Shown one piece after another: positions 9,260 to 19,701 of a stretch of 64,000 nt of DNA. The DNA is from an uncultured Erysipelotrichaceae bacterium. GTDB taxonomy: Bacteria; Bacillota_I; Bacilli_A; RFN20; CAG-826. Within the stretch, counting starts at the first letter, position 1. Each line of letters starts with the position of its first letter. The stretch is taken from positions 21,828-85,827 of the forward strand of contig OMWW01000006.1 in NCBI GenBank assembly GCA_900314865.1, read 5' to 3'. Made by a program: the position numbers and the translations under genes. The notes beneath the pieces are model-generated. The model was not told the origin of the DNA. It did no database searches and saw only the letters and a list, made by a program, of their open reading frames with translations.

Positions 9260-10504
9260 ATGAAAAAGAAGCTTTACAAAAGAGAAAATTATTTATCTAG
9301 AATCAGACCTTTTTACCATGAAAATGATTTAATTAAAGTTATTACTGGTGTTCGTAGATCCGGAAAATCTTCCATCATGCAAATGATAAGTGAAGAATTA
9401 ATTGATGGTGGCATTAATCCTAATAACATTATTTATATTGATTTAGATAAAAGAGGATATACAAAGATTAAAACTCCGGACGTTCTTGAAGAATTGATTG
9501 ATAAACTATCCAAAGGAATAAAAGGCACTAAGTATTTATTTATTGATGAGATTCAAAATGTTAAAGATTTTGAGAGAATGATAAATGCGTTTAGAGTTGA
9601 AGAAGATTATTCAATTTTCATAACTGGCAGTAATTCCTATCTTCTCAGCGGAGAATTGATGACGCATCTTACTGGTCGATATCTAGAATTCGAGGTATTT
9701 CCTCTTAATTTCCATGAGTATCTTGATATGAAGAAATTTTACAAGATGACAATTGATGGAAATCTTTCTATTGAACTAGATCGCTATATTCTTGAAGGTG
9801 GTTTTCCAAGAACTTTGTTCTTACCTGATAGTGCTGCCAAAAAAGTTTATATTAGCGAAATAGTGAATGAAATCTTTAAAAAAGATATTAAAAAACGAGT
9901 AAAGATTAAAAATGTTGAAGTCTTTAATTTGGTTAGGGACTACATTGTTAATAATTATGGTGCAACAACTAGTATTAACAATATTGTTAAGGATTTAAAT
10001 AAAAATGGCATTGCTATTCAGTTCCGTACAGTTGCAAAATATATCCAACATTTAGTGGATGCCAAAATTATCTATGAATGTAGCAGATTCGATATGAAGT
10101 CTAGAAAGATTTTCCAGAATGAAAAGAAATATTATTTAGCCGATTTATCGTTTGCTCAATTTACAAATCCAAATAGCAAGATTAATTATGGTCCAGCATT
10201 GGAGAATGTAACGTATCTCTACGCCAAATCTAAAAACTACGATGTTTCAGTTGGTAGAATTGGCACATTAGAATGTGACTTCATCTTGAAAGATTTGTTT
10301 CTAAATTATTCTTATGTTCAAGTTGCTTATACAATTCTTAGCAGTGAAGATACAGAAAATAGAGAATATGCTCCTTTGGAGAAGATTCAAGATAATTTCC
10401 CAAAATTTGTGCTAACAACAGATTTCTTAATTCAAAAAAGAAAAGGAATCATACATGATAATCTGATGTTGTTTATGAAAAACGATAAGATTTTTACTAG
10501 ATAA
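9260..10504 (+). CDS. AAA+ ATPase, AAA_14/DUF4143 (COG1373) type
   Basis: GVRRSGKS, LFIDEIQ, ITGSNS, LTGR, GGFP, KKYYLAD, LEN and ECDFI..YVQV motifs. Confidence 0.9.
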   Translation: MKKKLYKRENYLSRIRPFYHENDLIKVITGVRRSGKSSIMQMISEELIDGGINPNNIIYIDLDKRGYTKIKTPDVLEELIDKLSKGIKGTKYLFIDEIQNVKDFERMINAFRVEEDYSIFITGSNSYLLSGELMTHLTGRYLEFEVFPLNFHEYLDMKKFYKMTIDGNLSIELDRYILEGGFPRTLFLPDSAAKKVYISEIVNEIFKKDIKKRVKIKNVEVFNLVRDYIVNNYGATTSINNIVKDLNKNGIAIQFRTVAKYIQHLVDAKIIYECSRFDMKSRKIFQNEKKYYLADLSFAQFTNPNSKINYGPALENVTYLYAKSKNYDVSVGRIGTLECDFILKDLFLNYSYVQVAYTILSSEDTENREYAPLEKIQDNFPKFVLTTDFLIQKRKGIIHDNLMLFMKNDKIFTR

Positions 10505-10520
10505 TAAAAGGAGAGTGCTA

Positions 10521-12497
10521 ATGAGAAGAAATTTTTCAATGAATATTAATGGTAAAGTCAATAATTATCGATTAACAAAAAATGATTCACTTATGCCTCT
10601 ATTTGAAGCAATCGCTAATTCTATTTTTTCAATTAACCAAAGAAAAGAGAACGATTCTGATTTCGAAGGAAAAATAGAAATTGAATTATTGAGAGAAAAT
10701 GTTTTGTTTGATGATTACAAGGATAGCCCAATTGCTCAATTTATTGTTAGAGACAACGGCATTGGCTTCACCGATGAAAATATGGATTCTTTTATGACCT
10801 CCGATTCTCGCCTGAAAGAGAAATATGGCGGAAAAGGAAACGGGAGGTTTTCATGACTTAAAGTTTTTAATGTTGTTGAAGTTGAAAGCGTTTACAAAGA
10901 TGATAACAAATTCTATAAGAGATCATTTGCTTTTGGTAAAAGCACAGACATCATAGAAGATTCTGTTGCTGAAATTGTTGAAAATGAGTTGATGACCACA
11001 ATCAAAATGATTGGCATAAATGATAATTTTAAAAAGCACATTCCTACAAACATCTTAACTATAGTTACAAAAACAATAGAACACTTTGTAGTTTGCCTAT
11101 TATCTGATAATTGTCCTAATATTTATCTAATTGATGAAGAAAATAATATTTGTATAAACGATAAATTTAGAAATGATTATTTTGGTGATTCTAAGAAGGA
11201 CACTTTTGTTATTGATAATTATTCTTTTAATATTACTCATTTGAAAATTAAGAGCCCTGAGTTTGGACAAAATAAGTTGTATTATTGTGCAAACGACAGA
11301 TTGGTTAAGAGCAAAAAAATTGATGAAAACATCACCGATCTTGATGAGACTATTTTTGTAAAGGAAGGTTTCTGGTATCTAGGTATATTAACGGGTGATT
11401 ATTTAGATCAAAACGTTGATTATAACAGACAATCTTTTTCAATTGATGAGGATAGCGATTTTGATATATCTATAAACAAAATGACAAGAGAAGCTGTTTC
11501 CAAAGCCAAAGTGTTTTTGGCTGGGTATTTAGAAAAAGCAAGCGCAGAAAAAATGCAAAGAGTAATTGAATATACAACTAAACAAGCTCCTGAATATAGA
11601 TATTTACTAAATAGAAAGAAAGATGAAATTAGTAAGCTAAAGCCGGGGCTTAGCGACGAAGAACTCGATGACTCACTATTTAAGATTAAAAGAGATTTAG
11701 AAAAAGAGGTAAAACAAGACTGCGACGTTGTTCTTCAGAAAATAGAAGATAACGGTTTAGATGATTCTTTTGAACAAGAGCTTGTTGAAACAATTAGCAA
11801 AGTTTCAGAAATGAATAAATCAGCTCTAACTAATTACATAGCCAAAAGAAAAATCATCATTGAATTTTTTAAAAAAGCACTCAGAAAAAGAGAAAATGGA
11901 AAATATGAACTTGAAAAAGTCATTCATAATTTAGTGTTTCCAATGAAAACAACGAACGAATCGTGTAGTTATGAAAATCACAATCTGTGGCTAATTGATG
12001 AAAAACTATCATATTCTGTTTATGTTGCTTCAGATATCACGCTAGGGAATGATCCAGAAAATAATAGACCAGATATACTTGTTTGTGATAGTCCTGTCGT
12101 TATTTGTGATGATGATGAATCGACATTTTATAATACGATTTCAATTTTTGAAATAAAACGACCTCAAAGAGATGATTATACAATTGAGGACAACCCATAT
12201 ACACAATTGATTAAATACCTTGAAAAAATACAAAAAGGAGATGCTTTAGATAAAAATGGTAGGCCGATAAGAGTTGGTAATAATACACAATATTTTCTTT
12301 ATGCTGTTTGCGATATAACTCCTACTCTAAAGAACGTGATTAAAATGCTAGACTTTACCTATTTCGATAATGAAAAAGGAGCCTTTTTGTTCTCAAAGAA
12401 TTATAACGCCTATATAGAACTAATATCGTTTGATAAAATGCTAAGTGATTCCGAATTGCGTAATAAAGTATTCTTTAAAAAGCTTGGCATTGAATAA
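10521..12497 (+). pseudogene. GHKL (HATPase) ATPase fused to a PD-(D/E)XK nuclease, interrupted by one in-frame TGA at 10854-10856 (pseudogene or readthrough)
   Basis: EAIANS, DNGIGF and GGKGNGRF are Bergerat-fold motifs. The frame continues after the TGA (LKVFNVVEVESVY..) into ORF 10989-12497, which carries RPDILV..FEIKRP..NPYTQLIKY. Confidence 0.8.
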
Positions 12498-12548
12498 CCT
12501 TTATAAATAATCCAGATATATAACAATAAGAATAATGGCCTTTTTTGG

Positions 12549-12800
12549 TTGGGATTATTATAGTCTGCTAACAATCTTCTTAACTCCCAATTCAGTTTTT
12601 ATCTACTTTTTCAACATTTGGATTGATATAGTCGAATCAGCTTTACACTAAAATCGGCTTTTGTACTACTATCAGTGTATCTCACAATTAATACACTATA
12701 TTATTCAATAATATAGTATATAGGATTAACACACCAATAATTGGGATTATTATAGTCGGAATAATTTGTACCAAATAAAAATTAGGGATTATTACAGTAC
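12549..12800 (+). repeat. Four copies of a 17-bp direct repeat (TTGGGATTATTATAGTC) plus a 23-bp palindrome
   Basis: Exact copies at 12549 and 12741, degenerate copies at 12617 and 12783. Palindrome ACTATATTATT-C-AATAATATAGT at 12695-12717. Confidence 0.75.
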
Positions 12801-12947
12801 GTTAAAGACAAATAACAGTTTTTTATATCTTATTTTTGTCTTATTTTTTTAACACCATATAATTTTTGCATTAAATTTGATGATTTCTTTTATTTCTTGT
12901 ATTCCTATGTTGTTATATACGATATAATTTTGAAAGGTAAGTTTTGT

Positions 12948-15011
12948 ATGGAAGACAGCGGTAAAATAACATTTAATCAAATCTGCAACACTGCTATTTT
13001 GAGAAGTGGTGCCATGAGAAATAAAAATTCTTTTGAATTATTAGAAAATTTGGCCACGACTTTAATTGAGTATAAAAAATACGACAGTTTTGTAAGAGAT
13101 ACTTTCAATAATGATTTTTATGAATTTTATCATCTAAATTTACCACCAATTGTTCTTGGTGAAGTTCTAAATAGATTGGTCTCAAAAAAACTAATCAAGA
13201 AAAAAGATAAAGATATTTTTATTGTTGATTCTACTGAAGCTTCTAAAATTAATGGTTTAAACGAGCTTGAGTCGTTTACTCAGGATAGAAATGTCCTTGT
13301 AACTTTTTTAAATGATTATTTACTTTCAAATGGCGTAAAACTTGATCGTGAAAACACTGAAATATTACTGACCAAACATATTGAAGATAGCCTATCAATT
13401 TTAGGCGATCCTTCTAATAGAAGTGTTCAATTAAATACTACTGAGCAATTTTTGGTTGATTCTTTCGTTAAAGAGCTTAAAAGAAATGATGAGAATGGAT
13501 ATTATAGTATTTACAAGAAAATATTGTTTGGTAGATTACTTGCTGCTTTTATTGTTAACAATTCCAATGCTTTGGATACAACCATTACGATTCTTGATAA
13601 GTTGGTTCTTTATCTTGATACTGGAGTAGTGTTTAATTTGCTTGGGCTTGACAACTATTCAACAAAAACCGAATACCTAGATATGATAAGTACTCTGCAA
13701 GGATTGGGTGCGAAAATAAGGATTTTTAGTCATGTTTATGATGAGGTATACGACATTATTAGTGGAAGTAAATATTGGATAAATAATTACCAGTATTCTT
13801 CTAGTAACGCTTCTCGAGTTGCCGAATATTTTATATCAAACAAATTTACGTCCGAAGATATAGATGAATATCTTTTGAAATTAGAAAGCAAGTTCAAAGA
13901 ACTGGACATTGAAATAGATGATTATGAGATTGATTACAATGAACCTGACCAATATGGATTGTATGAAGAAAATGTATTTAAAAAAATTAAAAACCAATAC
14001 ATTTTAACTGGCGGTTATCAAGAAAATAAGGATGACACCTATCGAATTGACGCCAAATCCATTTATTCAATACACAAAATGAGAAGAGGTAAAAAATACA
14101 GAAAACTAAATGACGCAGGATATATTCTTCTTACAACAAACAAAGGAATAGCCAAAGTAGCAAGAGAATGCACTGTTGGTGGTGCAAACTCAATCGCATA
14201 TGTAATTACAGATGCATATTTAAGCATGCTTTTGTTCCTTGCCTATCCAAATTATTCTGATGAAACAAATATGCGTTTTTTAATTCCTGCTGCTTACCAC
14301 GCTTTTAGGCCTAGCAAAGAATTATTAATTAAGATGGAAACAGTTTTAAGAGACTTAAATAAACGTGGCGTTATGTCTGAAAAAGAAGTGTTTTCTTGGA
14401 TTTCTAATATTGCTCTTGGGGAAGAGGTGCTTGCCGTTACAAACAACGATCCGGAGTTATTTGATGAATCCACTCCAGAAAAAGTTATTGAAAAAATAAA
14501 AAAGGAAGCTTCGGAAAAGGTTTCTAAATCGCAGGAAGAAGCAAATAATTTGGTTATAAGAGCTAATGAGCAATCGGAAGAATCTTTGAAACTATATTTA
14601 GAAACGGAAGAAGCTCGTAAGAAGTTGGTGAATGAGCTAAATGAAAAAGATGAAAAAGAATTGACTCTAATTCAGGAAAGAAAAAAAGACATCGAAACAA
14701 AATCTACAAAAAAGATAAAAATATTAAGCATTACCTACTTTGTTGTTTGCTTGTTAATTATAGCCACGATTTGTACTTCTTTGGCTGTTTTGTCTGATTA
14801 TCTGATTAAATCAGATTATTCTAAGTGGCTTTCATATCTTATTTCTTCCGCTGTTACAATTGTTTTAGGTCTATTATCTTTTCATTTTTTGTTTTCAAGT
14901 TGTTGCCTGCTTGCTTCTAAAGCGGTTAAAACAAAAAAATATACAAGCTTAATTAAGAACCTTTCCGATAAAATAAACACATTAAACAATCAAATTGCAA
15001 ACAGAAAATAA
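12948..15011 (+). CDS. Putative PIN-like domain protein with coiled coil and two C-terminal TM helices
   Basis: LVLYLDTGVVFNLLGL, DAKSI and YILLTTN are PIN-like strands and acidic residues. E/K-rich coil precedes two hydrophobic helices. AAAGGT SD before ATG 12948. Confidence 0.6.
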   Translation: MEDSGKITFNQICNTAILRSGAMRNKNSFELLENLATTLIEYKKYDSFVRDTFNNDFYEFYHLNLPPIVLGEVLNRLVSKKLIKKKDKDIFIVDSTEASKINGLNELESFTQDRNVLVTFLNDYLLSNGVKLDRENTEILLTKHIEDSLSILGDPSNRSVQLNTTEQFLVDSFVKELKRNDENGYYSIYKKILFGRLLAAFIVNNSNALDTTITILDKLVLYLDTGVVFNLLGLDNYSTKTEYLDMISTLQGLGAKIRIFSHVYDEVYDIISGSKYWINNYQYSSSNASRVAEYFISNKFTSEDIDEYLLKLESKFKELDIEIDDYEIDYNEPDQYGLYEENVFKKIKNQYILTGGYQENKDDTYRIDAKSIYSIHKMRRGKKYRKLNDAGYILLTTNKGIAKVARECTVGGANSIAYVITDAYLSMLLFLAYPNYSDETNMRFLIPAAYHAFRPSKELLIKMETVLRDLNKRGVMSEKEVFSWISNIALGEEVLAVTNNDPELFDESTPEKVIEKIKKEASEKVSKSQEEANNLVIRANEQSEESLKLYLETEEARKKLVNELNEKDEKELTLIQERKKDIETKSTKKIKILSITYFVVCLLIIATICTSLAVLSDYLIKSDYSKWLSYLISSAVTIVLGLLSFHFLFSSCCLLASKAVKTKKYTSLIKNLSDKINTLNNQIANRK

Positions 15012-15018
15012 AAAAGCT

Positions 15019-15711
15019 ATGGTAAAGAAGATTCATTATTGTTGGTTTGGAGGAAAACCAAAACCAAAGAAAATTAGAAAATGCATCGCAAGCTGGAAAA
15101 AATATTTTCCAGATTTTGAGATTATTGAATGGAACGAATCTAACTTTGATATTAACTGCTGTGAATATGTGAAGAATGCCTATAACCTCAAAAAGTGGGC
15201 GTATGTCTCTGACTATTGTCGCTTACTTAAACTCTATGAACATGGAGGGCTCTACTTCGACACGGACGTTGAAGTTATCAAAAGATTCAAAGATGAATTC
15301 TTTAATACTCCTTTTGTGACTCTTGAAATTGCAGAGTATGTTGCGATTGGGATGGGTGGTACTATATACGTAGAAAAGAATGATCCATTCTGTAAAGCGT
15401 TGCTCGATTCTTATGAAGGAGAATCATCTTTAGAAAAAGCAGAAGGAAGTAGATTCACTAAATCCATATGTGACAGAGCGTATGACTATTTCATCCAATA
15501 TGGATTTGTGAGAGAAGATAAGTTCCAATATTTAAATGGATATACTTTATATCCAAGCGAATATTTTTCTCCTCTTAACAATCTTACTCAAAAGATGCAT
15601 AAGACAAAGAATACATATTCTATTCATTACTATATTGGAAGTTGGTTCACCTTTGGTGAGAAGTTGCATAACTGGTTTTATAGACTAGAAAAGAAATTAC
15701 ATATTAAATAA
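15019..15711 (+). CDS. Glycosyltransferase family 32 (OCH1-like, DXD)
   Basis: KKIHYCWFGG, EWNESNFD, SDYCRL..LYEHGGLYFDTDVE and YSIHYYIGSW. Confidence 0.92.
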   Translation: MVKKIHYCWFGGKPKPKKIRKCIASWKKYFPDFEIIEWNESNFDINCCEYVKNAYNLKKWAYVSDYCRLLKLYEHGGLYFDTDVEVIKRFKDEFFNTPFVTLEIAEYVAIGMGGTIYVEKNDPFCKALLDSYEGESSLEKAEGSRFTKSICDRAYDYFIQYGFVREDKFQYLNGYTLYPSEYFSPLNNLTQKMHKTKNTYSIHYYIGSWFTFGEKLHNWFYRLEKKLHIK

Positions 15712-15717
15712 ATAAAC

Positions 15718-16674
15718 ATGAGTTACGATATTCCAATCCTTTTAGAGTTTTACGCTAGACCAGATAAATTCATCTATGTTTTTGAAGCGGTCAAAAAGAT
15801 GAAACCTAAATATCTTTATCTATATCAAGATGCGCCTAGAAGCGAAAAAGATAAAGAAGGTTGTCAAAGATGTAGAGAGATTGTTAACTCTATTGATTGG
15901 GACTGTGAAGTTAAAACCTTTTATCAAGACATAAATCAAGGTTGTGACCCAAGTGGATGGTTAGCACAGTCCTGGTTCTTCTCTCAAGTTGAATATGGAA
16001 TTGTCTTAGAAGATGACTGTGTTCCTAATGAATCATTCTTTCTATTTATGAAAGAAAATCTTATTAAATATAAAGATGATAATGATATTGCTTATATAAG
16101 TGGGATGAATGTTTTGGATGATTATGAAAATAAGATAGAACCAGGCTCTTCCTATTTCTTCACTAAATACGGAAGTACATGGGGTTGGGGAAGTTGGAAA
16201 AGATTCTATTCAAAATGTGACTCGTCATATTCTTGGCTTGATGATGAAAAGCAGTTACAAGAAATCATTAATGATTTCACTAATAAGAAAACATGTGAAG
16301 ACTATATCGCTTTAGCAAGAATAAGAAAAAAAGAAGGCAAAGCCTATTTTGAGACTATTCTAACCGCGAACGTAAGACTTCATCATCAAATGGAAATTGT
16401 TCCTACTCACAATATGATTTCTAATATTGGGATTGGTGATTTTGGTACTCATAGCGCTTCTTCTTTAAAAAGATTACATCCAAAAATCAGAAAGATGTTT
16501 TTTAAGAAACAATATGATTATGAATTTCCTTTAATTCATCCTACTAAAAAAGAAATCAATGTTGGTTATGAAAAAGATATGTCAAAAGCCTGGCCTAGAT
16601 GTAAACTTTCCTATAAGTATTACGCACTTAAATATGAAATAGGAAGAAGACTATTTCCAAAACGATATAAATAA
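15718..16674 (+). CDS. Nucleotide-diphospho-sugar transferase (HlpA-like GT-A glycosyltransferase)
   Basis: YQDAPR, IDWDCEV, NQGC, GIVLEDDCVP, WGWGSW and NMISNIG. Confidence 0.85.
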   Translation: MSYDIPILLEFYARPDKFIYVFEAVKKMKPKYLYLYQDAPRSEKDKEGCQRCREIVNSIDWDCEVKTFYQDINQGCDPSGWLAQSWFFSQVEYGIVLEDDCVPNESFFLFMKENLIKYKDDNDIAYISGMNVLDDYENKIEPGSSYFFTKYGSTWGWGSWKRFYSKCDSSYSWLDDEKQLQEIINDFTNKKTCEDYIALARIRKKEGKAYFETILTANVRLHHQMEIVPTHNMISNIGIGDFGTHSASSLKRLHPKIRKMFFKKQYDYEFPLIHPTKKEINVGYEKDMSKAWPRCKLSYKYYALKYEIGRRLFPKRYK

Positions 16675-16677
16675 TAT

Positions 16678-16699
16678 GGAGTGAATATTCACTCCTTTT
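16678..16699 (+). terminator. Probable intrinsic terminator
   Basis: Perfect 18-bp palindrome GGAGTGAATATTCACTCC followed by TTTT, just after the stop codon. Confidence 0.6.
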
Positions 16700-16706
16700 A
16701 TGTATT

Positions 16707-17750
16707 ATGAAAGAAAGAATATTTTATTTAGATATTATTAGAGTAGTAGCGATGACTCTTGTCACTCTCCTTCATAGTGTTGCGGACACTTTTTTAAGAA
16801 GTGGAGCGGGTTCACCTCTATTCAATATATCTAATGTCTTATATTGTTTAGCCTCTATAGGAGTGTTACTTTTTGTCTATATAAGTGGAGCAATCTTTTT
16901 AGATGAAAAATATGAATTAACATGTAGGAAGTTAGCTAAACATATATTGAGATTAGTTATCTTCTTCATCTTCTGGAGTGTGATATATACCTCTATTTTT
17001 GATATCTTCTTTCCTCTAAGAGAGGGGTTAACATTAAATGTCACCAATATCTTTAAAACATTCTTTAAAGGTTTTTATCATCTTTGGTATATCTATCTTA
17101 TTATCTTCTTATATCTAATTACTCCTTTATTAAGGAGATTTATCAAAAAAGAACATATCAAAAAGATAGGTGTAGTGGTCACTCTTCTTTTATTAGTAGT
17201 GTCTTCCATTTCTTTAACTTTTAGATTATTAATCGCATATCGAATATATGATTTATCAATATTTGTTATTTATGATAAATATCACTTAGATTTTATTGTT
17301 CTATTTCCTCTTATTTATATACTCGGTTATTTACTTCATAACATTGAATTTAATAGATGGAAATATGTTATCTATATCTTAGGTGTTTTAGGCTTTATAT
17401 CCTCAATCATTGGTAACACTTATTTGAAGTCATTTGGGATCCGTTCAATTGATTATGGTTATACGCATGCTGATAGTCCAATGATGATTTTATCATCATT
17501 ATCATTATTTATACTTATCAAAAGTATTATTAAAAAAGAATATAAGATCATTACATTTTTATCTTCTTTGTCCTTAGGTATTTATGGGAGTCACCCAATG
17601 TTTTGTGTATTCTCCTATATGATATTAGATAACATTAACAATATAAGTGGGTATTTATATATTCCTATCACCTTTATTTTTGCCTTTATTTGTTCTGTTT
17701 TATTGTCTTATATTTTTTCTAAGATTCCATATCTAAAAAGAATCGTATAG
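16707..17750 (+). CDS. Acyltransferase family 3 (polysaccharide O-acetyltransferase)
   Basis: RIFYLDIIRVVA..H, LFVYISG, YHLWYIY and SLGIYGSH; about 10 TM helices. Confidence 0.9.
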   Translation: MKERIFYLDIIRVVAMTLVTLLHSVADTFLRSGAGSPLFNISNVLYCLASIGVLLFVYISGAIFLDEKYELTCRKLAKHILRLVIFFIFWSVIYTSIFDIFFPLREGLTLNVTNIFKTFFKGFYHLWYIYLIIFLYLITPLLRRFIKKEHIKKIGVVVTLLLLVVSSISLTFRLLIAYRIYDLSIFVIYDKYHLDFIVLFPLIYILGYLLHNIEFNRWKYVIYILGVLGFISSIIGNTYLKSFGIRSIDYGYTHADSPMMILSSLSLFILIKSIIKKEYKIITFLSSLSLGIYGSHPMFCVFSYMILDNINNISGYLYIPITFIFAFICSVLLSYIFSKIPYLKRIV

Positions 17751-17799
17751 TAAAAAGAAATATACTTAATATATTTACTTGGTATATAATCATTCACGC

Positions 17800-19671
17800 A
17801 TGGGAAAAAGAAAAATTTCTAAGAAATCATTAATTGAAAGAATTGTCGTACTCACTATCGTGGTCGCGGTTATTTTGATGTTGGTGCTTTTCTTAAAAGA
17901 TATCTTTATTCCTTTAATCAAATATCAAGCTAGTAATAATAGAGAGGCCGCCGAAGCTTTATTAAGAGATAACGGAATCTTAGGCTATATCGCGGTTCCT
18001 GTTATTGAGGCTCTTCAAATGGTGGTCATCTTTATTCCAGCCGAATTCATTCAAATCACCTCTGGTATGTCTTTCCCGGCCTGGCAAGCCATATTATTAT
18101 GTGATTTAGGTGTTTGTTTAGGGGCTTCTTTAATTTACCTCATCATCAACGTTTTCCGTTTCAAAGGTGATATCTTAGCAAGAAGTGAATCGAAGATCGC
18201 TCAATATGAAAAAGTAAGCAAGAACCGTTCTACTTTGCTTATGATGGTGTTACTTTTCATCATGCCGATTGTTCCTTTTGGAGCGATTTGTTATTACGGA
18301 AGTAGCAAGAAACCAACATATTGGAAATATATCCTTACTGTCGCTTTAGCGGTATTACCATCTATATGTACTTCTATTTTGATGGGTTATGCGATTACTG
18401 AGGCCATTAGCGGTACTTGGCCAGTTTGGGCGCTAGTGCTCACCATCATTGGAGGAGGGGCAGTTCTCTTACTCTTACTTTTATTCGTGTTACATCAATT
18501 CTTCTTTAAACACAACGATAACACTCCTTACTCTTGGTTTTATGGAATCATCATTTCTATGATTTCGAAATTCTTGATGTTTAAAGTGAAATACAAAGTC
18601 ATCAACCAAGAAAAGATGAATGAAGTGGGGGGACAATATGTCGTTCTCGCTAATCACCACACATGGTTTGACTTTATGGGTGTTCATAAGTTAGACCCAA
18701 ATATGCGTTATGCGATGGTGATGAATAATCACTTGTTCCATGCGCCTATTGTTGGTAAATGGTTTACTAGAAGTGGCTGTATTCCTAAGAAGTTATTCGC
18801 CCCTGATATTCCTTGTGCGGTCAAGTTATTAAACGCCAAAAATAGTGGTTACTCTATTGCGATGTTCCCAGAAGCTAGACTATCCACTGATGGAGGTCCT
18901 TCATATATCAATTCTGCGACTGCTTCACTTGCCAAGAAGCTTGATTTACCTGTTGTTCTTGTCCAACTCCGTGGAGGTTATTTCATCAAACCTAAATGGA
19001 GAAAGAAGATGAAACGTGGAACTTATCAAATTGAAGTGATGCGTGTTATTCAACCAAATGAATTAGAAGCTATGGAAGTTGAAGAGATTCAATCAATTAT
19101 TCAAGAGAATCTTTCTTTCAACGAATTTGATAACAAAGATTTGAAATTCAAAAGTGGTAATAAGGCTAGTGGACTTGAAGATATTTTATATAGATGTAAA
19201 GACTGTGGAACTTTATATTCCACTTATTCTAAAGGTAATTATTTAAAATGCTCAAAATGTGGTAAGACATATAACATTCTTCCTAATTATCAATTCGATG
19301 ATAGTAAGACTCATAACATCTATGAATATTATCAAGATATGAAAGAGTTAGAAATGAAAGAGATTGATGACATCAATCTTGATATTGAAGTAGATGTGAA
19401 GATCTACACTGATAACAAGAAGAAATATCGAACTGATAAAGGTGTTTTCCATTTTGATAAAGACAAAGTGTATTTCAAATCCTCAGAGAGTGATTTCTAT
19501 TTTGAATATTTGACCTCTCAGCTAGAAGGAATAGCCTACTCTGTTAGAGAAGAATTTGAAATGTATTATAAAGATGAACTCTATTATTTTTATCCTAAAG
19601 AAGAAAACCGAAAAGTTGTTACTAGAGTAGCCTTATTGTTTGAGGCTAATAAATCACGTTTAAGTAACTAA
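17800..19671 (+). CDS. DedA/VTT (SNARE-associated) membrane domain fused to a PlsC-type lysophospholipid acyltransferase
   Basis: N-terminal TM bundle with LQMVVIFIPAE and IMPIVPF; NHHTWFD and FPEAR acyltransferase motifs; CKDC..CSKC zinc ribbon. Confidence 0.8.
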   Translation: MGKRKISKKSLIERIVVLTIVVAVILMLVLFLKDIFIPLIKYQASNNREAAEALLRDNGILGYIAVPVIEALQMVVIFIPAEFIQITSGMSFPAWQAILLCDLGVCLGASLIYLIINVFRFKGDILARSESKIAQYEKVSKNRSTLLMMVLLFIMPIVPFGAICYYGSSKKPTYWKYILTVALAVLPSICTSILMGYAITEAISGTWPVWALVLTIIGGGAVLLLLLLFVLHQFFFKHNDNTPYSWFYGIIISMISKFLMFKVKYKVINQEKMNEVGGQYVVLANHHTWFDFMGVHKLDPNMRYAMVMNNHLFHAPIVGKWFTRSGCIPKKLFAPDIPCAVKLLNAKNSGYSIAMFPEARLSTDGGPSYINSATASLAKKLDLPVVLVQLRGGYFIKPKWRKKMKRGTYQIEVMRVIQPNELEAMEVEEIQSIIQENLSFNEFDNKDLKFKSGNKASGLEDILYRCKDCGTLYSTYSKGNYLKCSKCGKTYNILPNYQFDDSKTHNIYEYYQDMKELEMKEIDDINLDIEVDVKIYTDNKKKYRTDKGVFHFDKDKVYFKSSESDFYFEYLTSQLEGIAYSVREEFEMYYKDELYYFYPKEENRKVVTRVALLFEANKSRLSN

Positions 19672-19701
19672 CTTGGTTACTTATATGCTATATTATTGAA
19701 G

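Noticed and set aside
12549-12800. CRISPR array
   Set aside because: Repeats are only 17 bp with irregular spacing (68/124/42 bp), and no cas genes are present in the window.
268-12948. Integron-like cassette array
   Set aside because: No shared attC-like RYYYAAC..GTTRRRY hairpins were seen between the island genes, and no integrase is present.
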